Origin: Candidatus Sulfotelmatobacter sp.
Lineage (GTDB): Bacteria; Acidobacteriota; Terriglobia; Terriglobales; Acidobacteriaceae
Assembly: GCA_036490235.1 (NCBI GenBank)
Contig: DASXEG010000134.1
Coordinates: 9,835 to 73,834 of the forward strand
Direction: 5' to 3'
Length of the DNA stretch: 64,000 nucleotides
The translations under genes and the position numbers were made by a program. Positions within the stretch are counted from its first letter, which is position 1. Each line of letters opens with the position of its first letter. The notes under the pieces were generated by a model. It was not told where the DNA came from. It ran no database searches and saw only the letters and a program-made list of their open reading frames with translations. Below, piece by piece: positions 30,128 to 40,285 of the stretch.

Positions 30128-31186
30128 ATGGGATTTTCCGATCGTATCCTGGGCAAGAAAAACGTGAACGGCGGACCGCATATTGAATCTGTTACACCCG
30201 TGCTGGCCTTGACGGGAGGCGAGGTCCGCATCGCCGGCTCCGGCTTGCGCCCGCAGGAGTGGGAACGGCCCCGAGTTCATTTTGGCGAAATCGAAGGCGG
30301 AATCGTAGTAAGTTCAGATTCGTTTCTGGTCGCCCGTGTACCTGAAGGGGCAACGTCAGGGTCAGTGGTCGTTGCTACCAATGGCCACGTGAGCAACGCG
30401 CAAACGGTGAAGGTCGCGGTACCGATCGCCGAAAACCTGCATCCAGTAACCAATCCGGCGCTCGACTCTCAAGGCAATATTTTTGTGACCTTTTCCGGCT
30501 CGCGCGGACAGAAGGTGCCGGTGGCAATTTTCAAGATCGACACCAATTACACGGTAAAGCCTTTCGTCCCAGAGATGATGAATGCAACGTCAATCGCATT
30601 CGATCGCGAAGGTCAGATGTATGTTTCGTCGCGGCATGATGGCGCCGTATATCGCGTGGCTCCGAACGGGACGATGACTACCTATGCCGAGGGCATGGGT
30701 ATCGCCACCGGTATTGCCTTCGACAAGGGCGGCAATCTCTACGTTGGCGATCGCAGCGGCACGATCTTCAAAATCGGCCGCGATCAACAGGTATTCGTTT
30801 TCGCCACGCTCGAGCCAAGTGTGTCTGCCTATCACCTGGCGTTCGGGCCGCAGGGAGATCTGTTTGTTACCGGCCCCACAACTTCAAGCTTCGACTGCAT
30901 TCATAGAATTGATCCGCACGGAACGGTGACTACGTTTTACCGTGGCCTGGGACGGCCTCAGGGCCTGGCTTTTGACGCGAACGGAAATCTTTACGTCGCC
31001 GCTTCTCTCACAGGTAAACGCGGAATCGTGAAGATCACGCCGGAAGGAAAAGCCAACCTGGAAGTCGCCGGCCACGGCCTGGTAGGCCTGGCGTTTGCTC
31101 CCGGACGCAGCGCAATTCTGGCTACCACAGATTCCGTCCACCATCTTTCGTGGAATATTCAGGGTCTGCCGCTCCTCGGTGAATAG
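30128..31186 (+). CDS. IPT/TIG domain plus NHL/SMP-30-like six-bladed beta-propeller protein
   Basis: The N-terminal PVLALTGGEVRIAGSGL...VARVPEGATSGSVVV resembles IPT/TIG. Repeated G..A.D..GN.YV blades follow (SQGNIFVT, REGQMYVS, KGGNLYVGD, PQGDLFVT, ANGNLYVA). Confidence 0.65.
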   Translation: MGFSDRILGKKNVNGGPHIESVTPVLALTGGEVRIAGSGLRPQEWERPRVHFGEIEGGIVVSSDSFLVARVPEGATSGSVVVATNGHVSNAQTVKVAVPIAENLHPVTNPALDSQGNIFVTFSGSRGQKVPVAIFKIDTNYTVKPFVPEMMNATSIAFDREGQMYVSSRHDGAVYRVAPNGTMTTYAEGMGIATGIAFDKGGNLYVGDRSGTIFKIGRDQQVFVFATLEPSVSAYHLAFGPQGDLFVTGPTTSSFDCIHRIDPHGTVTTFYRGLGRPQGLAFDANGNLYVAASLTGKRGIVKITPEGKANLEVAGHGLVGLAFAPGRSAILATTDSVHHLSWNIQGLPLLGE

Positions 31187-31271
31187 CGGCACACACGTGT
31201 CCGCTTCACTGCACGATGTTGGTCCGCGTTCCTCCACTTTCATTTAAGCTTCTTTCGTTTAAACTTCTATC

Positions 31272-32516
31272 GTGAACGCAGAGATCATTGCGGTCGGCTC
31301 GGAGCTGCTTACGCCGTTCCGCATGGACACCAACTCGCTTTACCTCACCGAGCAACTGAATCTGCTTGGAGTTGACGTCATTTTCAAGAGCGTGGTGGGC
31401 GATGACCTGGCGCAGCTTATTGCCACCGCGCAACACTCCTTATTTCGCTCTGATATCGTGATTGTCACCGGTGGGCTGGGCCCGACGGAAGATGACCTGA
31501 CGCGGGAGGCTATCGCGCATGCGTTAGGAGTTTTGCTCCGGCGCGATCAAGATGTTGTTGCCCGAATCGAGCAGCGCTTTGCCGCGCGCGGCTGGAAGAT
31601 GTCTGCGAACAATCTGAAACAGGCGGACATCCTTGAAGGTGCGACCGTGTTACCGAATGCAAACGGCACGGCGCCGGGTCAGTGGATCTGCGGAAGATTC
31701 GACGGGCGTCAGCAAATTGTGATTCTACTGCCGGGACCACCGCATGAGCTTAAAGCACTTTTTGAGGCGGAGTGCCGCGAGCGCTTGAGGGTGAATGTGC
31801 CGGCGGCGTTTATCGCGACCCGTGTTTTGAAAGTGGCGATGCTGGGCGAGTCCCACGTAGACGCCCGTGTTTCGCCGATCTACAAACGATTCCCGGAAGT
31901 GCAGACGACCATTCTTGCCGGAGCGGGAGAAATCCAACTGCACTTCAGGTCTCGCGCGGAAACCGTGGAAGCCGCACAGGCAAGGGTAGACGAAGCGGCA
32001 GACGCGGTCGAAGAAGAACTGGATGATGCCGTTTACTCCCGCGATGGACAGTCGCTCGAGCATATCGTGGGCTATTGGCTGCAGATGCGCAACGCCACTT
32101 TGGCAGTCGCCGAATCGTGCACCGGCGGTTTGCTCGGGGAAAGAATAACTTCTGTTCCCGGCAGTTCTCGATATTTCGCCGGTGGTGCAATCGTTTATGC
32201 GAACTCTGTGAAAACCGATCTCGCCGGGGTGCCCGCGGATATGATTCAGCGCCACGGTGCGGTGAGCCGTGAAGTGGCGGCAGCTCTGGCGGAGGGAATT
32301 CGATATCGTTGCGAAGCCACCCTCGGAGTCGGCATCACGGGGGTTGCAGGACCCGCGGGCGGAACTCCAGAAAAGCCGGTGGGATTGGTGTATCACGGCC
32401 TCGCCAGCGATAGCGGGACGGAAGTTATCGAGCGAAACTTTTCCGGTGATCGCAAACGCATTCGCTGGTTCGCCACCACTATGGCTTTGGACATGGTGCG
32501 AAGGAAGTTGATGTGA
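31272..32516 (+). CDS. cinA: Competence/damage-inducible protein CinA (MoCF-binding plus nicotinamide-nucleotide amidase domains)
   Basis: It starts at GTG. VNAEIIAVGSELL, VIVTGGLGPTEDDLT and C-terminal AVAESCTGGLL / GITGVAGP are canonical CinA/PncC motifs. Confidence 0.88.
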   Translation: MNAEIIAVGSELLTPFRMDTNSLYLTEQLNLLGVDVIFKSVVGDDLAQLIATAQHSLFRSDIVIVTGGLGPTEDDLTREAIAHALGVLLRRDQDVVARIEQRFAARGWKMSANNLKQADILEGATVLPNANGTAPGQWICGRFDGRQQIVILLPGPPHELKALFEAECRERLRVNVPAAFIATRVLKVAMLGESHVDARVSPIYKRFPEVQTTILAGAGEIQLHFRSRAETVEAAQARVDEAADAVEEELDDAVYSRDGQSLEHIVGYWLQMRNATLAVAESCTGGLLGERITSVPGSSRYFAGGAIVYANSVKTDLAGVPADMIQRHGAVSREVAAALAEGIRYRCEATLGVGITGVAGPAGGTPEKPVGLVYHGLASDSGTEVIERNFSGDRKRIRWFATTMALDMVRRKLM

Positions 32517-32614
32517 GGGAGCTGCGAGCTACGTGCCGCGAGCTGCGAATTTCTAGCCTGCGGTTGAGACGTTTCACCTTTTCGGTTAAACGGGATCGGT
32601 TGTAGCTCGTCTTT

Positions 32615-33202
32615 ATGCGTTTATTTGTAGCATTGGACATTGACGACAGCATTCGGGATAAAATCACGCGCTTCCTCGACGGAGTTCGCGAATTTGCCCC
32701 GAATGCGCGCTGGGTCCGGCCCGAGTCGTTGCACGTAACGTTGAAGTTCATGGGAGAAAAGCCAGACGGGGAAGTTGTACGAATTGAGAAATCCCTTGCG
32801 ACGATTGAAGCCGAAAAGATAGAAATGCAGATTCGTGGCCATGGATTTTTTCCAAGCGCTCGTGCGCCGCGTGTCTTTTGGATTGGCATCGAGGCGGATT
32901 CGAGATTGTCTACGCTGGCGTCGCAGGTGGAGGGCCGACTGTCGGCGTTGAACATTCCGAAAGAAACGCACGCGTTTAATGCGCACCTTACGCTCGCCCG
33001 AGGCGGTGGGGGGTCCGGTTCGCCGCACTGGCGCAAGGGAGACCGCGCCAATCTCAACTTCAAACATTTGCAGGAAAAGTTCGCTGCCCTGCCCACGCCG
33101 GAGTTCGGGAAAATGACTGCACAGGAATTCTTTCTGTACCGGAGTCAGCTTTCGCCACGCGGATCAAAATATACGAAGTTAGCTGCATTTCCATTGCACT
33201 AG
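32615..33202 (+). CDS. thpR: RNA 2',3'-cyclic phosphodiesterase (2H family, ThpR/LigT)
   Basis: MRLFVALDI is present, along with two HxT motifs (LHVTLKF, AHLTLAR). Confidence 0.85.
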   Translation: MRLFVALDIDDSIRDKITRFLDGVREFAPNARWVRPESLHVTLKFMGEKPDGEVVRIEKSLATIEAEKIEMQIRGHGFFPSARAPRVFWIGIEADSRLSTLASQVEGRLSALNIPKETHAFNAHLTLARGGGGSGSPHWRKGDRANLNFKHLQEKFAALPTPEFGKMTAQEFFLYRSQLSPRGSKYTKLAAFPLH

Positions 33203-33215
33203 CTAAGATAAGTCA

Positions 33216-33833
33216 ATGACCACATTCGCCCTGATCGCCGCCATAAGCTATCTGCAGGGATCCATTCCTTTCGGATATTTGCTGGTCCGCGCGTTTCATG
33301 GAGAGGACGTGCGGTTAAGCGGCAGCGGCAACATCGGCGCAACGAATGTCTCCCGGAAATCGCCGGTGCTCGGTGTCGCCACTCTCTTGCTGGATGCGCT
33401 GAAGGGGACCTCGGCCGTCGCAATCGCCTCTATCTTGACTGCAAGGTTTGAATCCGGCGCGCTGAGAATCGAAAATATGGCGGCCGCGGCGTTGTTCGCC
33501 GTCGTTGGACACATGTTTCCCCTCTGGCTGAAATTCCGCGGAGGTAAAGGGGTTGCTACCGGCCTGGGATCTTTCGTGTTGATCGCTCCCAAAGCTGTGC
33601 TGCTTGCAGCCGGTGTTTTTGTTTTGATCGTCGCTGTCTTCCGTTACGTGGCTCTGGGATCGATCGCTTCGGTTGCGGCTTTTCCTTTCATTGTCTGGTG
33701 GTCAGGCCATTTTGAAACAAGAGTGCTGATCCTGATTGGTTTCGCTTCCCTGCTGATCGTAGCCAAACATCATCAAAATATTCGCCGTCTCGTCTCGGGA
33801 ACAGAAAGCCGGACAGGACCAAAGCGCGCATGA
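33216..33833 (+). CDS. plsY: Glycerol-3-phosphate acyltransferase PlsY
   Basis: GSIPFGYLL, GSGNIGATNV, LDALKG and GHMFPLWLKFRGGKGVATGLG are PlsY motifs. Confidence 0.92.
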   Translation: MTTFALIAAISYLQGSIPFGYLLVRAFHGEDVRLSGSGNIGATNVSRKSPVLGVATLLLDALKGTSAVAIASILTARFESGALRIENMAAAALFAVVGHMFPLWLKFRGGKGVATGLGSFVLIAPKAVLLAAGVFVLIVAVFRYVALGSIASVAAFPFIVWWSGHFETRVLILIGFASLLIVAKHHQNIRRLVSGTESRTGPKRA

Positions 33834-34852
33834 GCAAGATCGCCATCATTGGCGCCGGCGCGTGGGGCACGGCGCTTTCCATCGTTCTGGGACGCAAGGG
33901 AACGCATCAGGTCCGCCTGTGGTCGCGGGAAAAAGATGTATATGAATCGATTCGCGATCGGCACGTGAATGACAGGTTTCTTCCCGGCTGCCACATTCCG
34001 GAAACCGTTCATCCGACCACCAGCTACGAAGAGGCAATTAGAGAGGCTGAAATCGTCGTTAGCGTCATGCCTTCTCATCATTGCCGTGCTGTCTTTACAG
34101 ACTTGCATGAGCATCTCACTTCGGAAATGCTCCTCGTCAGCGCCACCAAAGGTATTGAGAACCAGACCGATATGCGGATGACGGAAGTGATTCGGGAGGT
34201 TGTGAAGAACAACAAAACCTTCGCTCCCCGGATCGGTGCCTTGAGTGGGCCATCATTCGCGCTCGAAGCGGCTCGCGGCGATCCAACGGCGATTACGATC
34301 GCTTCGGAGGACGCCGACCTGGCTCGAACAATTCAGAAAGAATTCAGCGATCCAACCTTCCGCGTTTATACGAATGCCGACGCGATTGGAGTCGAACTTG
34401 GCGGAGCTTTGAAGAACACAATTGCGATCGCCGCAGGAATTTGTGATGGCCTGGGGTTAGGATACAACTCGGTCGCCGCCCTAATCACTCGCGGATTGGC
34501 TGAAATTACACGCCTGGTCGTGGCCTGCGGGGGAAAAGCTGAAACCATGGCGGGACTGGCGGGGCTTGGGGATTTGGTCTTGACCTGCACTGGCGGCCTG
34601 TCGCGTAATCGCAGCGTTGGCGTGGAACTCGGCCATGGTCGAAAGCTGCCGGAAATTCTCGCCAGCATGCATGGCGCGGTTGCAGAAGGAGTCTTCACCA
34701 CGACGGCGGCGTTGGGACTGGCACGCGATCACGGGGTTGAAATGCCGATCACGGAGCAGATGTACGAGATTCTTCAAAAAGGAAAGTCCCCGCGCGATGC
34801 AATTCAGCAACTGATGGCACGCAGCGGCAAGAGCGAGATGTTTGGCGGGTAA
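33830..34852 (+). CDS. gpsA: NAD(P)H-dependent glycerol-3-phosphate dehydrogenase
   Basis: IAIIGAGAWGTALS, SATKGIE, GALKNTIAIAAG and RNRSVG are GpsA motifs. A 4-nt overlap (ATGA) links it to plsY. Confidence 0.92.
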   Translation: MSKIAIIGAGAWGTALSIVLGRKGTHQVRLWSREKDVYESIRDRHVNDRFLPGCHIPETVHPTTSYEEAIREAEIVVSVMPSHHCRAVFTDLHEHLTSEMLLVSATKGIENQTDMRMTEVIREVVKNNKTFAPRIGALSGPSFALEAARGDPTAITIASEDADLARTIQKEFSDPTFRVYTNADAIGVELGGALKNTIAIAAGICDGLGLGYNSVAALITRGLAEITRLVVACGGKAETMAGLAGLGDLVLTCTGGLSRNRSVGVELGHGRKLPEILASMHGAVAEGVFTTTAALGLARDHGVEMPITEQMYEILQKGKSPRDAIQQLMARSGKSEMFGG

Positions 34853-34982
34853 CCACCGGTAACCTTTTTAGTTTTCGTTCCCGAATCCTCGCCCATTGGC
34901 CGCAGTTTGCACTTTGGTAATCGCCAACATCATAGATTCCGTCATCTTGCTGGAATTCAGCCATTAAACTTCAATAGATATC

Positions 34983-36875
34983 GTGGAATCCGCCGCCACT
35001 TCGATCGACGGCGCTGCACCGGCACAACCGGCGAGCGACGCGTCTTCTGCCGCGCCCAATTCGGCGCGAATCCCCATTCTCTACGTCATTCTGGGCGTGC
35101 TTCTCGCGATCAGTATTGTCCCGATGTATTTCTACTCCGCCCAAGTGGAGGCGATTAATCGCGACCGGCTGAAGACCAACGAAATGCTGCTTCAGAATAC
35201 CGTGACACGCTCTCTGGCGGATGACCTGTCCGAGCACGAGCGCTCGCTAAGAATGATGCTAGGCAATCTCTCTTCGGCAGTTCAGGTGGCAAGTGGGGGA
35301 GATATCGGCGCCAAAAACATCGAAGCCCCTGAACTGCGCGCGCTACTCGAAAACTTCGTTTCCACTTCGGACGAACTCGCTTACGCGACCCTGCTGAATT
35401 CCGATGCCAAAGGCATTTCCGCCGGCCGAATCACGCCCGACGCGTTCTTGCAGCGCGAATTGCAGCATGCCTTCGATGCCGCGCGCGACGGGCGCGCATA
35501 TACGGGGCAGGCTCTCCAGATAGAAGACGGCAAGAACTCGCGAACGGTTGTTTTAGTAAGCAGCCCGGTCAGCTATGGCGGGCGATTCTTAGGCATGCTC
35601 GGAGCCGTAGTCGATCTGCAATTTCTGATTCGCCGCCTGCATGATTTCAGCGGTGGAGGCCTGATCCCTTATGTTGTGGATGCGCAAGGCCGCCTCGTCG
35701 CGGCGGGCACGTCGCAATACATTACCGGGCAGGACATGAAGAGTTTGGAGATCGTCCGGAACTTTGTGGACGAAGGCAACAAGGCCCAACTTGCTGCAAC
35801 CAAGGAATTCGCGGCGCGGGAAGGCAACAGCAACGAGGGAATGCTGGGCACCTACAGCCCGGTAACGGCCTTGGACTGGGCTGTGGTGGTTCAAAAGCCA
35901 CAGCGTGAAGCTTATCGCAGCGTTTATGAAATGCAGCGAACCGCGCGCCTTTTGGCGCTGATGGCGGTACTGCTCAGCATCACGGTAAGCATCTTTGCAG
36001 CCCGCAGAATTAACAATCCCCTGCAGGTTCTAACCCAGTCAAGCCGGGCATTGGCCCGCGGCGATTTTTCGCAGCGCGTTCACCTGCGAAGTCGCACTGA
36101 AATCGGCGAATTGGCTGAGACTTTCAACACCATGTCACAAGAGCTCGAACGCTTTGTTGAGGATCTGAAGAAGGCAGCGGAAGAGAATCGCGCACTGTTT
36201 CTCGGCTCGATTGTAATGCTGGCTGGCGCCGTTGACGAAAAGGATCCCTACACACGCGGCCATTCCGACCGCGTCACGCGCTACTCGATGATGATCGCGA
36301 AGGAAATGAATTTGCCCGCTCCATTCATGGAGACGTTGCAGATTTCCGCGCAGTTGCACGATGTTGGCAAGATCGGCATCGAAGATCACATTCTGAAAAA
36401 GCCCGGCGCACTCACCGCAGAAGAATTTGAAGTGATGAAAACGCATACCACCAAGGGCGCAAATATTCTGCGTCCGGTTACTCAGCTCGCTGAGATGCTG
36501 CCCGGCATTGAACTGCACCATGAAGCACTCGATGGCCGCGGTTATCCGTATGGTTTGAAGGGCGATCAGATTCCGTTGCTGGCGCGAGTCATCGCCGTTG
36601 CCGACACCTTCGACGCGTTGACCACGAACCGCCCCTACCAGACTGCGCACACTCCCGATGAGGCATTAAAGATTATCCAGAATCTAGCCGGCAAACGGCT
36701 CGACCCTGGGCCGGTCGCTGCGTTGCTGGCCGTTTACGGGCGGGGTGAAATCCGTATTCAGCGCATCTCTATCAAGCGCCCTGTTCCAGTCGAATCTGCG
36801 GGTGGCGCTGCGGCAGCGCCCGCTCCCGAGTCTCCCAGCCCAGACGCTGCTACGCTCGAACGCACGCGCGTGTAA
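34983..36875 (+). CDS. Membrane sensor with Cache-like periplasmic domain, HAMP and HD-GYP phosphodiesterase domains
   Basis: Two TM segments flank a ~270-aa extracytoplasmic region. HAMP reads PLQVLTQSSRALARGDFSQRV. HD-GYP reads HSDRVTRYS, LHDVGKIGI, HHEALDGRGYPYGL, ADTFDALTTNRPY. It starts at GTG. Confidence 0.85.
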   Translation: MESAATSIDGAAPAQPASDASSAAPNSARIPILYVILGVLLAISIVPMYFYSAQVEAINRDRLKTNEMLLQNTVTRSLADDLSEHERSLRMMLGNLSSAVQVASGGDIGAKNIEAPELRALLENFVSTSDELAYATLLNSDAKGISAGRITPDAFLQRELQHAFDAARDGRAYTGQALQIEDGKNSRTVVLVSSPVSYGGRFLGMLGAVVDLQFLIRRLHDFSGGGLIPYVVDAQGRLVAAGTSQYITGQDMKSLEIVRNFVDEGNKAQLAATKEFAAREGNSNEGMLGTYSPVTALDWAVVVQKPQREAYRSVYEMQRTARLLALMAVLLSITVSIFAARRINNPLQVLTQSSRALARGDFSQRVHLRSRTEIGELAETFNTMSQELERFVEDLKKAAEENRALFLGSIVMLAGAVDEKDPYTRGHSDRVTRYSMMIAKEMNLPAPFMETLQISAQLHDVGKIGIEDHILKKPGALTAEEFEVMKTHTTKGANILRPVTQLAEMLPGIELHHEALDGRGYPYGLKGDQIPLLARVIAVADTFDALTTNRPYQTAHTPDEALKIIQNLAGKRLDPGPVAALLAVYGRGEIRIQRISIKRPVPVESAGGAAAAPAPESPSPDAATLERTRV

Positions 36876-36960
36876 CACTTTCCATCTCGCTTTTCCGCGC
36901 TCGCGCGCTTATCTCAGTAAGCAGCGCTCTCGCCGCTATAATCAAGATTGGTTATCCGTC

Positions 36961-37914
36961 ATGATTCAGACCTTATTTGGCAGTACGGAAGAAACGAAAA
37001 GCGGCCTGTTCGAGCGAATGAAACAGGCGGTCACGCGCACTCGAGAAAATCTTGCCGAGCGTATTGAAGAGGTTGTTTCGTTTGGCAAGGAAATTGACCG
37101 CAATACGCTCGATGATTTGGAAGCGACGCTGATTGGCGCCGACCTGGGCTCGATCACCACTCAGGAAGTGCTGGGCAAGTTGCGCGATAAAGCCGACCGC
37201 AAGCAGATAAAAGACGTCGAGGAACTCAAACGCCTTCTCAAGGAAGAGCTGCTGACAATTCTGAGCGCAGCGAATACACGGCCAGTCAGTAGAGTCGATG
37301 GCGGACCCGAAGTGATTCTGGTGGTTGGCGTGAATGGAACTGGCAAAACCACCACTATCGGAAAGCTGTCACAGGTCTTCCGTTCGGATGGAAAGAACGT
37401 TCTGCTCTGCGCGGCCGATACCTTTCGAGCGGCGGCGATCGAACAACTGGAAGTCTGGGGGCAACGCACTGGAACGGAAGTGATCAAAACGAAACCGGGC
37501 GGCGATCCAAGCGCAGTGCTGTTCGACGCTCTCCAGGCTGCAGCCGCGCGAAAAACCGATTATGTGATCGTCGACACGGCCGGGCGCCTCCATACGAAAG
37601 CAAGCCTGATGTCGGAGCTGGAAAAAATGCGTCGAACTGCCCAGCGAATCATTCCCGGCGCCCCACACGAAACCCTTCTGGTGATGGACGCAACAACTGG
37701 CCAGAATGGATTGCAACAGGCACGCTTGTTCACCCAGTCCGCCGGAGTCACCGGAATCGTGCTCACCAAGCTGGATGGGACTGCGAAGGGCGGCGTGGTC
37801 GTTGCCATTTCCCGGGAGTTGGGTCTGCCGGTTCGGTTCGTGGGTGTAGGCGAGAAACTTGGTGATCTGCTCCCGTTCAATCCAAAAGAATTTGTGGATT
37901 CCCTATTCGAATAG
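36961..37914 (+). CDS. ftsY: Signal recognition particle receptor FtsY
   Basis: GVNGTGKTTTIGKL, DTFRAAA, DTAGR and TKLDGTAKGG are the SRP GTPase G1-G5 motifs. The start is set at ATG 36961 because the longer ORF overlaps the upstream gene. Confidence 0.92.
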   Translation: MIQTLFGSTEETKSGLFERMKQAVTRTRENLAERIEEVVSFGKEIDRNTLDDLEATLIGADLGSITTQEVLGKLRDKADRKQIKDVEELKRLLKEELLTILSAANTRPVSRVDGGPEVILVVGVNGTGKTTTIGKLSQVFRSDGKNVLLCAADTFRAAAIEQLEVWGQRTGTEVIKTKPGGDPSAVLFDALQAAAARKTDYVIVDTAGRLHTKASLMSELEKMRRTAQRIIPGAPHETLLVMDATTGQNGLQQARLFTQSAGVTGIVLTKLDGTAKGGVVVAISRELGLPVRFVGVGEKLGDLLPFNPKEFVDSLFE

Positions 37915-37980
37915 AAAGACGTGCAAGTTTTACTTTAACTAATACTTCTATCACGATAAATATAGATCATTAATCGTGCA

Positions 37981-39153
37981 ATGACAGATCATCTCGCTGA
38001 CGAGCAATTCCTGAAACATGCTCTGGAATTAGCCGAAAAAGGTGTTGGGCTGGCCTCTCCGAATCCCAATGTTGGCGCGGTCATCGTTGACTCTGGTGGA
38101 AAAATAGCAGGAACTGGAACCTACACGTACGACGGCGTGAAACATGCTGAGGTGCTGGCGCTTGAGCAGGCCGGATCGAAGGCACGCGGCGGCACTCTTT
38201 ACATCAACCTCGAGCCGCACGCACACCAGGGACGCACGCCTCCCTGCACTGACGCCTTAATCGCCGCGGGAATTCGCCGCGTAGTGACATGCATGGCAGA
38301 TCCCAACCCCAAAGTCAGTGGCCTGGGATTTGAAAAACTGCGGGCCGCGGCCGTGCAGGTCGAAGTTGGCCGATTTGAAAACGAAGCGCGACATTTGAAC
38401 GAAACATTCGCTCGATACATTCGCCACGGCGTCCCGCTCGTGACTCTGAAATCGGCGATGACGCTCGATGGAAAGATTGCTCCGCCGCCGAATTTAGCAC
38501 TTCCGAAAAAACGTGGAACACCAGCCGGGGGATGGCTCACAGGCGAAGCCGCTCGCGCGCACGTCCAGGAACTGCGCCACCAAAGCGATGCGATTCTGGT
38601 TGGAATCGGAACGATTCTGGCGGACGATCCGGTGCTGACGGATCGCAGCGGCAAAATCCGGCGTCGGCCACTCTTACGAGTCGTCCTCGATTCCCATTTA
38701 CGCCTGACTTTGGGGTCTCGATTGGTCCAGACTGCCCGACGAGAAAATGCTCGCGAAAGCGACGTCCTCGTTTTTTGCTCTAGTGCCGAAGAAGACAAGA
38801 AACGAGCACTCGAAGATGCCGGCATTCGAGTCGAGAGGATTTCGGATTCCTCGCTAAACAGCGGCCTGGATTTGCAAACGGTTTTACAACGAATGGGACA
38901 ACTCGAAATCACGAGTCTTCTGATCGAAGGCGGCTCGACTGTAAATGGGGCGGCGCTTGCCGCAAGCGTGGTCGATAAACTTTTCCTGTATTACGCGCCG
39001 AAGATCATGGCACTCGTTGGGGCCGTGCCCTTCGCCTGCGGATCCGCACTCGATAATCGGGATGAAGTACTACGCTTGAAACAGGTTCAACTCCATCGCT
39101 TTGGCGAGGACGTCGCCATCGAGGGCTATCTCCGCGATCCTTATCTCGATTAA
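37981..39153 (+). CDS. ribD: Bifunctional riboflavin biosynthesis deaminase/reductase RibD
   Basis: The deaminase zinc motifs are HAEVLAL and PCTDALI. The reductase half has TLKSAMTLDGKIA and LLIEGGSTVNG. Confidence 0.9.
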   Translation: MTDHLADEQFLKHALELAEKGVGLASPNPNVGAVIVDSGGKIAGTGTYTYDGVKHAEVLALEQAGSKARGGTLYINLEPHAHQGRTPPCTDALIAAGIRRVVTCMADPNPKVSGLGFEKLRAAAVQVEVGRFENEARHLNETFARYIRHGVPLVTLKSAMTLDGKIAPPPNLALPKKRGTPAGGWLTGEAARAHVQELRHQSDAILVGIGTILADDPVLTDRSGKIRRRPLLRVVLDSHLRLTLGSRLVQTARRENARESDVLVFCSSAEEDKKRALEDAGIRVERISDSSLNSGLDLQTVLQRMGQLEITSLLIEGGSTVNGAALAASVVDKLFLYYAPKIMALVGAVPFACGSALDNRDEVLRLKQVQLHRFGEDVAIEGYLRDPYLD

Positions 39154-39413
39154 GTCCCTCAGTCTTTGGTGGTCGTCAGTCTCCAATCATCGAATACGCA
39201 GCGAAATCCCGGCCCTTCAGGCGCGGCGCACATTACACCCACGTCGCCTGCATAGGGGACAGGATAAACGACCTCCGATTCATGCCGCTCATGATCTCTC
39301 CGGTTGATGCTGCCCATCAAGATACTGCTTTCAACTCTCAGAGAGTGGGGAGCCGGTCCGCGGGCCGCAACAGGAGTTAGAATTTAGATCAGCTTATTCG
39401 AAACGAGGCCTGC

Positions 39414-40058
39414 ATGTTCACCGGCATAATCGAGGAAGTGGGACGCATCACCCGCATGGCGCAACGGGGCGAGAACCGTCGAATCACGGTCGCGGCAAAG
39501 AATATTCCAAAGGAATTGAAGCAGGGTGACAGCGTTGCCGTAAGCGGGGTTTGCCTTACGGCCATTCAGATCAAGTCGGATTCGTTCTGCGCAGATCTGG
39601 CTCCCGAAACCTGGGAGCGCACGTCTTTCTCTCGAGTTCGTGAAGGCACATCGGTAAATCTTGAACTGCCCATGAGGGCCGATGGCCGCTTCGGCGGGCA
39701 CATGGTGCAGGGACATGTTGACGGCGTGGGCAAATTCATCTCGCTCGAGTGCATTGCAGGATCGGACAACTTCTGGTTACGAATCACGTTGCCGAGTGAG
39801 ATTGAGAAGTACACGGTATACAAGGGTTCGGTATCGATCGAGGGAATCAGCCTGACCGTGGCGAAGCTTGAGGACGGAATCTGCACCGTCGCGGTCATTC
39901 CTCATACCATCGAGATGACAAATCTCGGCTCCCTGAGGCAGGGCGATCCCGTCAATCTCGAAGCCGATTTGATTGCGAAATATGTCGAGAAGATGGTGAA
40001 GAGCGAACCGCCGGAAAGTTCTCTTACGATAGAAGAACTTGTTCGGCAGGGATTTTAG
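39414..40058 (+). CDS. ribE: Riboflavin synthase (alpha chain)
   Basis: MFTGIIEEVG, GDSVAVSGVCLT and a duplicated barrel (GSVSIEGISLTV) are present. Confidence 0.92.
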   Translation: MFTGIIEEVGRITRMAQRGENRRITVAAKNIPKELKQGDSVAVSGVCLTAIQIKSDSFCADLAPETWERTSFSRVREGTSVNLELPMRADGRFGGHMVQGHVDGVGKFISLECIAGSDNFWLRITLPSEIEKYTVYKGSVSIEGISLTVAKLEDGICTVAVIPHTIEMTNLGSLRQGDPVNLEADLIAKYVEKMVKSEPPESSLTIEELVRQGF

Positions 40059-40249
40059 TGACGCGGCTTGAGTTAAAAGACTCCTTTGGTTTAGGGCTTT
40101 GTGCCAGTTGTGTCCACGGCAAGAGGATCACATCTGACAAAGGCTCGACGTTTCTGCAGTGTCAGCTATCGTTCAGCGATTCGCGATTTGCCCGGTATCC
40201 CCGGTTACCCGTGCTAGCCTGCGAAGGTTACAAGAAAAGTGAGCCTTAA
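40058..40249 (+). CDS. Possible small Cys-rich protein (63 aa)
   Basis: The GTG start overlaps the ribE stop (TAGTG). Four Cys residues are arranged CASC...C...C (CASCVHGK, FLQCQ, LACEGY). I know of no functional assignment. Confidence 0.4.
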   Translation: MTRLELKDSFGLGLCASCVHGKRITSDKGSTFLQCQLSFSDSRFARYPRLPVLACEGYKKSEP

Positions 40250-40285
40250 TTCGTGGGGATTTGATCGCTGTGGCTGCACACAACG

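Noticed and set aside
36745-36960. N-terminal extension of the ftsY ORF
   Set aside because: It overlaps the 3' end of the HD-GYP sensor gene in another frame. FtsY-like sequence starts at ATG 36961.
39154-39413. FMN riboswitch between ribD and ribE
   Set aside because: I looked for the conserved aptamer blocks (GGGUGAAAUUCC, CCGACGGU, AGUCNGGAUG) on the plus strand and did not find them.
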